A stretch of DNA of 64,000 nt from assembly GCA_964106645.2 (NCBI GenBank), contig OZ067038.1. One strand, 5' to 3'. The stretch's first letter is position 1; each line of letters starts with the position of its first letter. The notes beneath the pieces are model-generated. The model was given only the letters and a program-made list of their open reading frames with translations, made no database searches and was not told the DNA's origin. Positions 27,903 to 41,500 of this stretch are shown here, in pieces. Made by a program: the position numbers and the translations under genes. This DNA is from Podarcis pityusensis (taxonomy: Eukaryota).

Positions 27903-28038
27903 CAGGCTTCCTCAAACTCGGCCCTCCAGATGTTTTTGGCCTACAATTCCCATGATCCCTAGCTAGCAGGACCAGTGGTCAGGGATGATGGGAACTGTAG
28001 TCTCAAAACATCTGGAGGGCTGAGTTTGAGGAAGCCTG
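27903..28038. mobile_element. Palindromic hAT MITE (136 bp)
   Basis: TIR CAGGCTTCCTCAAACTC / GAGTTTGAGGAAGCCTG; perfect 8-bp TSD GACCTGAG. Related copies lie near 10305, 15730, 17220, 26830, 43545, 43845, 52820, 54080, 55969, 60222 and 62660. Confidence 0.92.
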
Positions 28039-30084
28039 GACCTGAGGGAGGTTTTTTTCACATATGAAACACACAGACACAATCACCAGGGTGCCAAGAT
28101 CTGTTGGAGAGCCACTGCTTCAGATGCCTCTACTGCTGGTAGAGAAATGTTCTGGAACAGAGCTTTTTCATCGGTGAATCCAGCATTACGTAACTCCAGA
28201 GCTTTTCCAAACCTTATCTTTTCCACCAGATTTTTACAGCTTTCAAAAATTTGCTTACTAAGGTGTTCTACTTTGTTGATGCTATTAGTCAGTTTTTGAG
28301 CATGTTAATTTTGAAAGCCTGGTGTGTGTGTGGCTGATTCATTTTATCGTTAAAGTTTTTAGGACTTCAAGGTAAGCTACCTAGAGGGCCAGTCTTGGCA
28401 AAAAGGCAGCATGATGTAAATTAGACTTAGATGTAGATGAATGTGTGATTTGCTCAGTGGGCAAAGTTCCCAGGCACAATTGCAATTCTTCTTGCACAAC
28501 TTTTCTTCTTCTTCCCCAGGGTATGTAAACACACACAATAGATTTCTCACCTCTCTTTTTTTTACATAAAAATTGTGTGTGGCCTTGAGGGCGGGAACCA
28601 GTATGGAGAGCACCTTTGTGTGTGGAATATATTGCCCAACAAACCTGAAACACCAAACATCAGGCTAGATGGGGTCTGGCTTTGCAGTGGTACAGACATG
28701 TTAGGAGTCACTAGAGACAGATTGGGGGCAGGGGGTGGGGCAGGTTCTGCCTAATGGATCTTCCTGACTGGCAACAGCTGCTGTGCCTTAGCATGCTGCC
28801 ACAAGTGATGCAGAAAAATGCATTTTTGTTCCTATGCGTGCGTTTTTTTTAGTGGGCGGAAAGGCAATTTGAGCATGCTTCCTAGAAGTAACAAGCAAAC
28901 CTTTTAATGCAGTTGAGATGGTGTGTAATGCAAGAAGCAGCTGCTTTTAATTTGATTGTTACTTCATAGAAAATGGGCTACTTAATTGGATTGATCTGGA
29001 GGTCACTTGTTTTCCTATTCCTAGGAACAAACATACTTAAAGATGCACAATGCTGATTGCTATTTTTGCAGTAAACAGATCATCTTGGTTCTCTTCCAGC
29101 GACTGCCTCCTGTGCTAGGAAATTGGGGTATTTATATTTCATAAAGTGTTGTGGAGGTGCTTATTGTGGGGCCAGAGTGAGGTAATTGCAGAGGCCTGGG
29201 AAATGTAAAAGGTGATTTGTTTGTGCAGAAACAAAAATAAAAATGGTCTGCCCCGAGCACTTTGGCAGCAATAAACAATTTCTGCAAAAATTCTGCAACA
29301 GCTGTCATGTCTTGTAAGCATGTCTGCAATCCCAGGATCCACAGCAGGATTGTGTTTATGGATGGCCAGCCTTTCAGAAAGGTTTTATATCCAACGCAGT
29401 GCAATATCTTGAAAATCTCGGTACTGATTTAAGATCATTAAGCAGAGCTGAGCTTTTCTTGAAAATCTGATGCACTATGCTCCCAAGCACAAGAGGTACA
29501 TGGGCTACCAAAATTCACAATTTCCCCCAGGTAACAATACTATTACACAATTAACGCAATGCTGTTCCTCGTATGTTGCAGTAGATGAGATATCTTTCCC
29601 AGAAATAGAAAGTGTGGAAAGTGCAAAAGAAAGAGAAATGTGGATAAGCCCTCAGTTATGGAACATCCTATTTTGGCAGCAGGTGAAAACCTTATGGTTC
29701 ATGAAAGACTTTTAAATAGTGTATGTATGTAGTCTGGACGTCTCGCTGTTCAAATCTATGTGTTTTAAATTTATGGGTAAAATGAATTTCTTGTATTTGT
29801 GTCTTTGAGTTCACAATTTATTGTCTTATTTCATCCCCCCCCCCCAATACTTACTTATTGTAAGTTGCCCAGTGAACTTTCTGTTGTGGAACAGCAAACA
29901 GCATCCATCAATAAACCAAATAGCCTGTGGTGGGCATCTACTACTGATGACATCACTGTTTATGAGCAACCAAACACATTCCTTCATGATAAACTTTACA
30001 AACTTTTAAACCTCTTTAGAGACTCAATGCTTTGCACCCTATGCTCCTAAAGTGCATAGATCTTTATCGAGCCTTTTACAAATA

Positions 30085-30093
30085 CAATAAATA

Positions 30094-30135
<42 letters not shown>

Positions 30136-30197
30136 TTTATTTATATCCCGCCCTCCCCAGCCAAAGCCGGGCTCAGAGCGGCTAACAACAATAAAAA
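30085..30197 (-). mobile_element. LINE/SINE (L2-type) 3' tail with (AAT)n microsatellite
   Basis: Minus strand gttagccgctctgagcccggc...gggcgggatataaataaa followed by (TTA)n. Confidence 0.7.
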
Positions 30198-33100
30198 AGC
30201 TAAATACTAGCAAAGGTCTTCCACTGCCACCATTCTGCAGTGATGCCCTGTCATTTTGATAAACATGCACACACTACCTAGAGATGTAATATTTAGCATT
30301 TTGAAGAAGAGGTGGTCAAATAAAGGCAATGCCTCATTTCCTGTATTTATTGGGAAGTAGAAACAGCATAACTACCATATAGCTCTCAATTTAACATACC
30401 GTAATTGCCTGCGGGCTTTCCTGGAATTGTCATTCCACCAAACAGGGCAGATACAAAAGAGGAAAATGAACCTTTTGCATCAGAAGCATTTATACCGGGT
30501 GCTGCAGCAATGGCAGAGTCAGCACTAAAGAGCTCTAGGAGACGGAAAAGAGACAAAGGCGGAGGATTAACAGCTGACATCCTCCTATAAACCATGAGAG
30601 CAACAAAGCTGGCCATGTATAATGTGAGCTAGTCTCAGGACAGGCTGCTTACAAGGAGAGTTCATTGTTAGCCTACTTGCTGAGCCACAACTCAACTGTA
30701 AACCATAGCTCAGGGTTGTCTGGGACGGGAAGAGAATAAATTCTAGCAGTAAGAAAGTTAGGAAAGAGGTTTAGAGCTTTTCCCAAAGTGCTTTGGTCCA
30801 AAGGCATAGATTTAGCTGGGCATTAGATGTAACAGAAAGAGTATGTAACATGCTGAGTGAAAGCTTAACGGCTGAAGATACATTCAGTCTAAGGTTGCTT
30901 TCAGCAAGCGTATCCAAGCTCATCTTGGAGCAAAACCAACCTGTGGCATTCCAGCAAAGTTTCCTGGTGAACTGTTCACACATTCTTTTAATATTATTCT
31001 GTCGGGTTGCTAAGGTCTATGGGAGCAGCGGCCGGCTTTCTATTTGCTCAGGGGATATTCCAACATAATGTGTGAAATCCTTCAGAAACACACCATCAGC
31101 TGGAAGATTACAAAGGAAAAGTGTGGTTTAAAGTGCAGTGCTCAGACACATTGCTGGCATCTAACATGAGATAAAGAGAAGTGTGGCCTCAACCTGTGGC
31201 AGGGACTTAAGGAGAGGTGTAACATGACAAGAAGGGGGAATTAGGGTGGCAGAGCACTAGAGAGGGATGAAGGGAGCACAGGTGAGACAAGCCTTTGTTC
31301 CAAGGTGAGATCTAAAGGCTAAGCACCACAAACAACTATCCGTCTTTGCAATTCAAGGCTCTGGATTAAATTTTGAGTAAACCAATTCTATTGTTTGACA
31401 AGAAATCCCCACTGGTGTTTTGAACCACAGATAAGTGTACTTCTCTTTCTGGCCAACTCACCAGTTCTATATTTTAAGCTGTTGTTGTAAACAACTGACT
31501 CTTCTTCTAAGCCTGCACGCCAAACATACAAATCCGTTTGCTCCTCCCCTCCAGTGTATATGTATAAAACTATCTGAACAAGAACAGCATTACTGTAGTT
31601 ACTATATAAAGTATAAGGAAGCAACAAATGCTCTTAATGTAGACTGTTGTTCCTGTTTCTGCTGCAATTTACTTGTGCCAATAGCCAAATGTTGACCTTT
31701 AAAATTCGCTGGCAATTTCCTCCTTTCCCCTCCTGCACCCCAATATCTTTCCTTCCACCCTCATACCTGAAACAAAACATGTATACAGTAAATAAGTTTA
31801 GCTTTTTATTAATCAGTAGCTTTTAGAAGGTATTTTTTTTTTATGTCATAATGCCGCTATCCATGGTGTGGGAGCAATACAATATTTCAAAAGACAGCTC
31901 GTAGTACCGTTTCTTTTCCACTGGTTGACATTGGTGAACACCCTACATTGCACATGTAGACCTCCCCTTCCTCTCCTCTGCCACTGAACTCCCCCATGAG
32001 CCCCTCATCTGCCCTAGAGGCTGAATCCATTCTGCTGAGAGTGTCTGTTCTGCTGGCAGGTGGACATCAATGGATTTCACCTATGGCTGGAAGCGCCTTT
32101 CAAATTCTTTGCCACAAAAGGACTGTCTATAGTCACTAATCACATGGCAGGCTAGAGATAAGGGAATGGTTCGGGGGCTCTGTGGGGGAGATAAGTGCTG
32201 CACAGATTTTTTGTCAATTTCATTGACAAATCTGACTAGTCTCTCTTACAGCAAGCATAATGCATAGAGCCTGAATGCACACAAAACAAAACTCTGTTCA
32301 ATTCCTTTACACAGCCTATGCATGTATTGCTTTCCCAGACATCTCACCTCTCCCAGACATCTCACTTCTCCAATTGCTGCTTTTCATGCCGTTTATTTCT
32401 ACCTGCTCCTAGCTTGCATATACACGTATACACATATGGGGCGCACACGTCACTGACACCACCCAAAATCACAACTGGGATCAGAACAACCTTTAGACCT
32501 CCCCTTGTCCATTTATTTCAGCAGAGAGATTTGGATTGGGCCATTAGTCATATCCAGGTTTCTCTTGGCTCCAATGCAGCTTGTCATTGGTTTTGCGGGT
32601 CCTTCTTGTCCCTTCCCTGCCCACCTCCCTGAGGTTTTCAGTTCAATCCCTGGGATTCCCTGTCAGCTGCATGTCCTGCTGTGGCCCATCGGTGAGCGAG
32701 GGTGGGGGGAGAAGGCAGCAGCAAATCTTGGCGAGGGCAGTGACCACGAGAGGTGGTGGACTCTCCTTCCTTGGAGGTTTTTAAGCAAATGGTGCCCCCA
32801 GTGACAACCTCAACTGCCTGTTTTGTTGGAGTGGCCCTTTCATTTGGCACTCAAATGGTGTTGCATTGCACATTCCATATCCTCTTGCCCACTTCAACAA
32901 TTGTGTGCAGGGGTGGGAGGTACCCCTTGGGACTGGTAAGGTGGGAGGCAGGGAAACCAGCAGGGGGCAGAGCCAGATCCAATAATACTGCTGAAGCAAC
33001 TAATTCTAGTTTGTTCTTGTCCGCCTCCCTGCTGAGTTGTAACACTAAGAATGAAGAGGAGGAGGAAACTGACAGGCAGTGCCCTCCTCTGGACTGGAGC

Positions 33101-33211
33101 AGCTCCCTGGGGGAGCACTGAGGTTGGTAGGGACGGTGCCCCTTTTGCCCTAATAGATCAACCTCTGACAATTGTGAGTAAGCTGGAAGCCGCTTCCTTT
33201 TTTGCATCCTG

Positions 33212-33363
33212 GAATCATAGAATTGTAGAGTTAGGAAGGGACCCTGAGGATCATCTAGCGCAATCCCCTGCAATGCAGGAATATGCAGCTGCCCCATAGG
33301 GGGATTGAACCTGCAACCTTGCCACTATCAGCACCATGCTCTAATCAACTGAGCTATCCCAGC
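33212..33363 (-). mobile_element. tRNA-derived SINE with CR1-type tail
   Basis: A box TAGCTCAGTTGA, B box GGTTCAATCC, tail ATTCTATGATTC. Other tRNA-SINE-like copies lie near 12395, 45670, 54850, 58000 and 62375. Confidence 0.85.
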
Positions 33364-33594
33364 TGTGTATGCTACATACATGCACGAGCCCATCTTAATG
33401 TGTTGGTCCACTGCTAATGGCCTCGATGGCCCAGCTCTCCAAGAAGCAGACATTCCCTCCTGGGAGAGGAGCCACTGTCCTTTAGCCCTCTCTGCATGGA
33501 AGAATGGGCAGCTCTCATGCAGCTTGTCAGTTTCACTCACTTGTGGCAAGCCTGCATTTCCAAGCCAGGCTAATGTTTTATGGGAATCGATATG

Positions 33595-35360
33595 TCAGCC
33601 CTTATGAAAGAACAACACGGTGAGTGATAAGCAACTTGGGTTCATAAAGCACAGATCGTGCCAGACAGACTCCAATAGCCTCCTTTGACAAAATTGCAGA
33701 TTTAGCTGACAAAGGGAATTTAATATAGCTAGATACAGAAAGGCTTTAGGCGGAGACCTACACAAAGCATCTTTTCTAATCAGAAAGCATCAGAGTTTTT
33801 CTTATCAAAGTGTTGCACAGATAAATATTAATACAACACATGAGGCAACTTGGTGTTTAGAAGCTCCAGATGCAAGGTTCAGGATTTTAAAAGTACAGCT
33901 GGTTGCGAAGGTCCTGGGAAAGGGTGGCAGCACTCCCAGGAAACAGCTGGAGGACAGGGATTTCCTACAGTTCACACAAGATCACAGCTGGAAGGTTATC
34001 TAGTCCCAACTGGGTATCCCCCAAATTTTTTGGACTACAGCTGCCATTAATTCAGTGGTTAATTGGAAACAAAGCTGTGGAAACAGTGTTGTAGTTTGTG
34101 CTTTGGAAGGTCTAATTATGCTGAGTATCCGTTGTTTTTGTGTTGGCTTTTAGCTGTCTTACAAAGGATATGTTTTAGATGGGTTAAAACTATATTTTAT
34201 TGGTTATGCGTGTTTTATAAGCTGCTTTCTTCCTTGAAAAGCAGGTTATGCATCTGTTAAAAGAAATAAATAATCCCCGATCACTGGCAATGATGTCTCG
34301 GGTGATGGGCAGAGCTTTTTTTCCAGCCGGGACTCAGTTCTGGCACCTCTCAGGTAGGCGCCATTGCCATTCTAAGAGAACAAGGGAGGCATTCATGGTG
34401 AGTTCCGGCACCTCTTTTTCTAGAAAAAATAGCACTGGTGATGGGAATTGTGGTCTAAAACATCAGGTTGGGTCTAATCCCAAAGACCCATCAGCCTGAT
34501 AGATCACAAGCCAAGAGAATGAGTGCTCGCCTGACAAAGCCATACCCACCTAGTCTCACAATCCTTTACCTCCAATGAAGGCTGATAGTATATGTGAAGC
34601 ATTCTAAGAGTCAGAGAGAATGGCAACTTTTTGAAAATATATGGAAAGGCACCATCCTCTTTGACTCGAGGCTGCCCACTCTAAACATGTGACAAATCAC
34701 TGAAATATCTCCATTGAGAATATTGCTGAGAAGAGCTAGCTGACAGCCCGTCAACAAATCAATTATGCAGAACACCCATGCAGCCAGTTAGGAGCAGGAA
34801 GTGCCAGGTCAGTCTCAAGCTGGCTGCTCTCAAAAATCTTCATTAGTGGTTTTGGAGGTGAAAATACATTGCAATATTGATCATGCTCACGGATCAAACA
34901 AGGAGGGCTTGCGAAAACCGCAGATAAATGGAATCACTTAGTGACGGAGAGACCTCAGCCAAATGGATGAGTTTAAATGGGATGAGATTTAATTTAGATA
35001 CAGTAAATGTAAAATACTCTATAATAGCACCCAGCATGGGGATGCATAATAGAAAAGTATTACCTTTCTCTTTAGGCAGCCCAGAAAAAGGATTGGTTGG
35101 GGCGGCAAGACAACATACTGATAGCTGCAAAGGACAAGGCCCAATGTGACAGAGCTCCCAAGTGCGATGAACAGAAAGGGATTTGTAAGGAAGGAGAGCT
35201 GTCGGATAACATATCTGATTATCTCCTTGATACACAATAAGAGGGCATACATCCTTGGAAGACACCCTTCTAGTCTAAAAGGTTTGGACATGCGTGTCTC
35301 TTGAAAAATAATTAATATCAGGAAGAGGTCCTAGGAATGAAAAGCTGCCCCAGAAAATCT
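33595..35360 (+). mobile_element. Old fragmented CR1 reverse-transcriptase region interrupted by younger insertions
   Basis: 33620-33760 resembles QHGF.K.RSCQT.L..FDKI.DL.DKG; 34960-35300 resembles W...NGMRFN..KCKIL. Confidence 0.55.
34310..34437. mobile_element. hAT MITE nested in an older MITE
   Basis: CAGAGCTTTTTTTC / GAAAAAATAGCACTG ends; perfect 8-bp TSD GTGATGGG at 34302-34309 and 34438-34445. Confidence 0.88.
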
Positions 35361-38300
35361 AGATATAAAGGTGTATAGCATTAGTGAGCACATAATAAAA
35401 GCATGCAGATTTGATATATCACGGGTGTATGGTGAGCATTTCTCTGGCTTACATTCATCCTTTATGGCCTTCTGAGTCATTATATGTTCTTTTCTTGGGA
35501 TAAGCTTTGTGCCTGAATATAACGAGTATAGGTTTTGCTACACCACGTAGAACAAACCAAACGTATGGATCTTAGTGCAGATGGAGCATTTTGAGGACTG
35601 GTATACAGACCAATCAAAATATAGGACAAGTCAAAATGTGAATGAGCCCATTGCCCCATGATGCATTTCGTCCTGTTCCGAGACCAAGTCCATGGAACAG
35701 TCTTCCAGCAGTGATTCCTCTGAATGTATCCTCCTTGGCTTTGGGGAAGGGTGCCTGTTTTCAGCAGCAGAGAGAGTCATGCCTTGCTCGTGAGTGAATG
35801 GGTGCTGGGTGAAATATACAGTGCCTCTATGTCCTCTGTGAGTTTTGTAGCTGATATATTTGTGTGTTGTTTTAGCTATGTGATTGTTGTGAGCTGCCTC
35901 ATGCAGGCTGGAGAGAAGTGGGAGGCAAGCCTATTAAAAGAAAGCAGCCAAATAGCCATTGCGAAGTGGATACTTGGCAGCACACCGGGTGCAGGAAATA
36001 AAATGTGAATTGTGAGCTGCAGGTTGTGATGTAGTAAAATCATCAGCAAGGCTCCCATTGTTTTGTTTTGCTTTGAATGGGAAGTGGGTAGCCCCATGAC
36101 TGTGCTTGGAGGTAGGGAGGATCTCCTCGTTTCAAATATCCTTTTAAACAGGGCACCATGTCCGTAGGCAGAGGAGGAGGTGGCCTGCTTCCTTCATCTT
36201 CCTGCCAAGAGAGGGCTGGGAAGGACTTGTTTTTGGAGGCCAAGGGGAGAATGCTCTTCCACTGGGCCCACTTGGCAGAATGGCAGTGGCAGGTTGCAGT
36301 GGGTGGAGGTGGAAGACTGCTTAAATTGGAGAGATCATTATCTTGGCTGGGCAGGAATCTTTTATTGCGCGGAATCTGCTCCTCGCTGCTCACAAGTGCC
36401 CTGAAAAATCTCTTTGTCTGCAATAGGAGTGATTAGAAGGTAAAAACACACACACGAGAGAGAGGGGGGGTGGAGAGCGCTGCCAACCCTAATGGGCTCC
36501 GTGTGCGAGAGAGAATAGGAACCCGCCACAATGCTAAGGGGAATGTGCTTCCCTTCTAGCAAATGAAGGCAATCTTCAAATTCCCTGCTAGTTAAACGGC
36601 CCTCTGAGACAGAGTGATTCACCAAATCTATGTGCCGGAGACATGCTATACTTGCTGCTTGCATGATTTCAGTTATTTAGTGAAGAAAATAACCTTCCCA
36701 CCCACCCCAAAATTGACCTTTCATTTGGACTGTGTGGGTGTTTTATCTTTCCTGCCCATTCCTCCCCCCGCCGCCATAAGTCATAAGATACCACCAGCAT
36801 TTTCTTGGCTGCTCTTGATGACATGGCTTTAAAGAGCGGTTAGGCTTCTCTAAATACTCAGCAGCTTGGCCAGATTCCAAGGAGGAAATGAATTGAACCA
36901 AACATGCGACCCTTTCTCGCCCTGCTGACTGAGGGGAAGGGGGGGGGGTTGCAGGAGTGCAGCTGACAGCCCCACACAGCCCCAGCGACTGCCGAGGAAA
37001 GCTGCCAGGACCACTCCCTGCCAGGGCTCCTGCCTAAACAAACTGGATGGACTGCTAGACTCACCAAGGTTCCACACTCCCTCTCTGGGCCACACAATCA
37101 TGGTATAAGCATCCTTCCGAGAGCTACTTGGGCATTGTGGCAAACAGTGCCATCCTGCATAGAATTATGCCCCTGCTGAGTTGTGTTTACTTCCAAGGGG
37201 TGCCCGGGGGCCATATCTGCTGTTGGCCAACCTCCCAAGGCTGCATATCAGTGGAGGATGTGGCCAAAACAAAAGTGGGCTTTGCCAAAGACCGAGCATG
37301 ACCACACACCCGACAGGCTGGTATGAATATGCAAACCCTGCTCTTCCACTGAGCAGCGAAGTGGGGTGTCCTCCCATTGCAGCGCTGTGAATAAAGGTTC
37401 CTCTTCTCCCAGCCCAGCACTACCGTGGGGAGGAGAAATCAGTTCTTCAATCTCCAAAGAGCACAGACAGTGATTTTCCTCTCTATCACAGACCAGAAGG
37501 GAGAGAAATACCCCTTCATAAATTTGCTTGCCAGTAAGCTGCTCCTGCTCAGTCCTGGTATCTCCACTACACTATGGGGGAACTGAAGCACTAGAAACAA
37601 AAATATACAACTGAATAGCTCCAGCACAGGACTACTACAACTTGCCAGAGCTGTTAAGAAAGCCCAAACCCTAAGCACAGCTTCGGAGGGCCTGCCCACT
37701 GACTCTCCCTCAGTGCACCTCAGAGAAACAGGGCCTTTTCAGGAGTGGCACCACAGCTGTGAGGCTTCCTTTCTTAGGAGCTCCACCACATACCTTCTCA
37801 GTTTAAAATGGGCTTTGAAAACGCTTTTATTCCAAAAGGATGGATGACTTTATCGTCTCCGAGATGCATAGCTCTCAGTATACTTAGTACAGTATTTTAA
37901 AAAGAAATATGGTTTATTATTGTGCAGTTATTTCGATTACTAAGATTCCATGTGGGAATGTTTTACCGAAAGGCAGGTTGTCAATCAAAGTAAATAAGTA
38001 AAATGTGAGTGTTGCCAAGGACTGAGCTTGCTGTCAAGTGGCCCCCCCCCCCCCTGCATATATTTAATATTTGCAGAGTCGTTTCAGCCACTGTTTCCCT
38101 GCTAGAACACTGTGAGGTTGCAAAATATTGTTAGCCTCATATTCTCAATGAAGTGTGGCTGGGGCCGAAGGATACTTTGTAGGTTGAGCATGTGCTTCCA
38201 GCTTGTGTTTTTGCACAGTGTAAAACGGAATATTTTTCTTGTCCTTGTGGAGAAGCTGCAAAGAAACTCCTTTCTTCCATCATTGCTGCATCACCAGATA

Positions 38301-38560
38301 CCCCCTACAAGATTGCAGAGCTCTTTAGGATTCTGAAGGGTGAGGAACAGGATTAAGGGGAGTAAGCAAGCAAGGAGCCACCTATGCATAACTGCAAAGG
38401 AGCAAAAAAGGTTGGGGCATGTGAACGAAGTAACACCCTATAGGGGGCTTGCTCTCACTTTGTGCAGGGCTTCATCCCTCCCCTGCAGTCACCTGGTCCT
38501 CCAGCTTTGTGCTTGCCCCCTCCCCCTGGCATCCTCTCCTTTTGTGTCATTTATGCTGCA

Positions 38561-38590
38561 CAGCAGCAGCAGCAGCAGCAGCAGTAGCAG
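38561..38590. repeat. (CAG)n microsatellite, apparently non-coding
   Basis: Read directly; one TAG interruption. Confidence 0.9.
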
Positions 38591-41500
38591 TGTGAGAGAG
38601 AGTTGCTCTGCTTCCAGACTACCTAAGGACCTTGTGCAAACTAATATCATACCCGCCCCATCCAAGATCCTTTATGCATCCCAGGGGTCTTGGGAGGAGC
38701 CAGATCTTTCTCCTTGGTGGGAGGTCAGAGGCATAATAGACCTGTCCATGCCAGCCAGCATCTTGCTGCCTGGTATTATCCTTGCCTTTTCTCCTTTTGA
38801 AAACCACTTGCTGCATCTCCATGCTAAGAAGAGATGCACCTGTTGAATATCTACCTGTAGCACACCTTTGAAAAGAACAGTCTCCCCCCCCCCCGTGTGT
38901 GTGTGTCTGTGTGTGCACGCCTGCCATACTTGACTGGCACTGGACAGCCAGTGCTGTTAATATCAACAAAAACATTTGGCTCAACAGCCTGTTCCATTAA
39001 TTACCACAAGTGGAAGAACATCAAGGTAATTAAACAGGGTTATGAAAGGGTAGTTATTGCTGATTAAAAGGGGAAAGTTGCTGAAAGTGTTTCAACAATC
39101 TGTTGGTGGAGGGAGAGAAGGGGATTCACCTTTGGTACTTACTCTTTTTAAATTGGTGACATATGGCCAGATGTGTTACGTTACCATATTGCCAGCAGTT
39201 ATGCCACCACCTGAGCCTGTTTTATTGTCATCTGGCCGGGAAACAGGCCTTGATCATCCCTGGTGCTGGTCTCCTATTGGTCAGTGGGAAGCTATTTGTA
39301 TAGTAGCCTACATTCCAGCTAGGCAGAGGTCATGTCCCCATCCTCCATCCAGGTAAGCAAAAAGCATCATCAGACTTCAAGGGCACCTTCCAGCCAGGCA
39401 AAAGCAGTTGAGAGAGAGGAGTGCAGAGCATTGCCAGGGAGGCTTTCTGGAAAGGTGGTGTTGCCTGGGGAGAGTCCCAAGAGGGGGGTGGTGGTGGGGA
39501 GGAACAGAGGTAGCTGCATCCGGCCAGAGATTTCCCATCCAATTTGAGATGATGAAAAGTGACCTGAGCCAAAGACGATGCAGACTTAATATGGTAACTT
39601 TCTCCTCTGCAGTTTTAACCCATATTTATAATTGCCAGTAGAGCTTGCCTCCTTGATATTTAATGGCAGCAAAGACAGGGTGAACCTCTGCATGGAGTTT
39701 TTAGTCATGGTTGACTTGGGTTCAAATTCTACATTCTCAGCTGGCAAGTGTCTTTGGGCAGGTTTTTGGGTTTGGTTTGCCTCATGTCTTCACCATGTGA
39801 AGGGAAAACAATTCCAACCCATCTCAAGAGGATGAAAACCCAGATTGGCAAGCACATCATGTGCCATTTTAGAGCAGTGTTCACACCTTTGTTATACCTA
39901 TCGCACTCAAAGCCTAAGTTGTGACTTCAGTAAGCAGACAGATCCTGCTTTTACCAAATTGAGACAGTCACTGCTCTGGGTCAGGTAAACCAAGGGTGGG
40001 GAGCACGAGACACACACCCCATGTTGTTGAGCCATGGCTCTCATCTATCCCAAGCCACTGGCTTGGAATTGATGAGAGCTGGAGCCAATGAATGGCCATG
40101 GCTTCTCTATCCTTAGGGAGCTGGAAAAGTGTTACTGAACACATCAATGCCATGGGTGGAGCACTAGATTGAGACTTTCTCTGCTGACAATTCACTATTG
40201 AAGGAATGGGGTCCTTAAGAAAACATACTTTTTGATTCAGGATTAGCAATGTATCACACAGAGAGACACAGAGACATCTTGGCTGATAAGAACACCAGCC
40301 TAGTTTGCTTTCCACTGCAGGAGAGAGGGAGGCTCAACTTGTGCTGTGGTGGCAGTGGCTGATTCAGTAACCACAGCTGCAGGACACATGCAGATGCAGA
40401 GTTCACTGTAAGGACAAACAAAAGCAGCACTCCTTGCTCTTAGCCTGCAGCATGCTATGTTTGGCATTTAAATATACATACTTGTGTAATGTCAAGCACC
40501 ACCTAGTGGTCAGATGCTGGAAAGGAATTAATGGCAAAATAAGAGGTTTTCCCCATTTCTAGAGATGCACACATGTGCACATAGGTTTACAACTAGTCTC
40601 TTCTCATGCCCACGTATTTGTGGGCTTGGAGAAAACCACACATTAGTTTGCGGGTGGTGTGTTTTTTTTTTAAAACTCTATTAAAGCTATAATTCTATAA
40701 ACAATTTAAAGCTATAAATTTAAAGTTAGAAAAATATTATACAGTGCTCCCGTCTAAACATTTTGACATGAAATTGAAATGCTTCACTTTTACTAGTTGA
40801 AGGAAAAACTGTCTTGAATGAAGGTCCATCAAAAACAAGCAACATACTAGCAGTGCAATCCTGTGTTTAATCAGAATCAAGCCCCTCTAAGCTCAATTGG
40901 AGGGACACCCCTGGAAGTGTGAATCAAATTGCAACATAAAGCATGCATAATTGCCACGTGAATAGTATTGCAATCCTGGAAATCTCAAACTGCCCCTAAG
41001 AATCGGGTAAAACAGATGCTAGACTTGGGGAGCTAAAAGGTTGGGGAGGGGAGAGGAAATACCATGTAGATGTGGGACTTGAGGTTCCCAGGAATGGAAC
41101 TGGCTAGAATTTCAGCAGGAGTTGCTTGCATGACAAGCTACACTTGCTGAAATCCCCTCTTCTATCCCAACAGTGAAAGGGGCAGGAGATCCCTCTCCTT
41201 TTTTGCACATCAAGCTACCATGGCATAGGGGCATTTTCATCCAATGAATGTTGGAAGGAATGCTTTTATCACAAGCACATTTCCTCTCCTATATGGCAGA
41301 GAGAGTGGTTTATTCGCCTAGAAAACAAAGCCAGCTCACCTAGCCGTATTTTTCAAAAGGTCTAATTGATTAAGCCGTTCCTGCAGTTAAATTATGCTGC
41401 TCCTTGCTACCAGTGGCTGCTAAAACAGTCTCTCTTATCAGAAAAGACATCAGAAGCAGCTGTGGGCTCAGCAGACCAATCTGAACCCATCTGAACTTAA

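Noticed and set aside
31800-31815. Minus-strand AATAAA as the end of a hidden gene
   Set aside because: No supportable upstream exons were found between 31.8 and 42 kb, and the hexamer alone is common.
31854-31874. RE1/REST-like motif gccgctatccatggtgtggga
   Set aside because: The CTGAA half-site is missing; too many mismatches.
33300-33363. Possible tRNA gene
   Set aside because: The tRNA-like head is fused to a SINE body and CR1-type tail, so it is a SINE.
38561-38590. Coding polyQ or polyS tract
   Set aside because: The surrounding frames show no protein-like or exon features.
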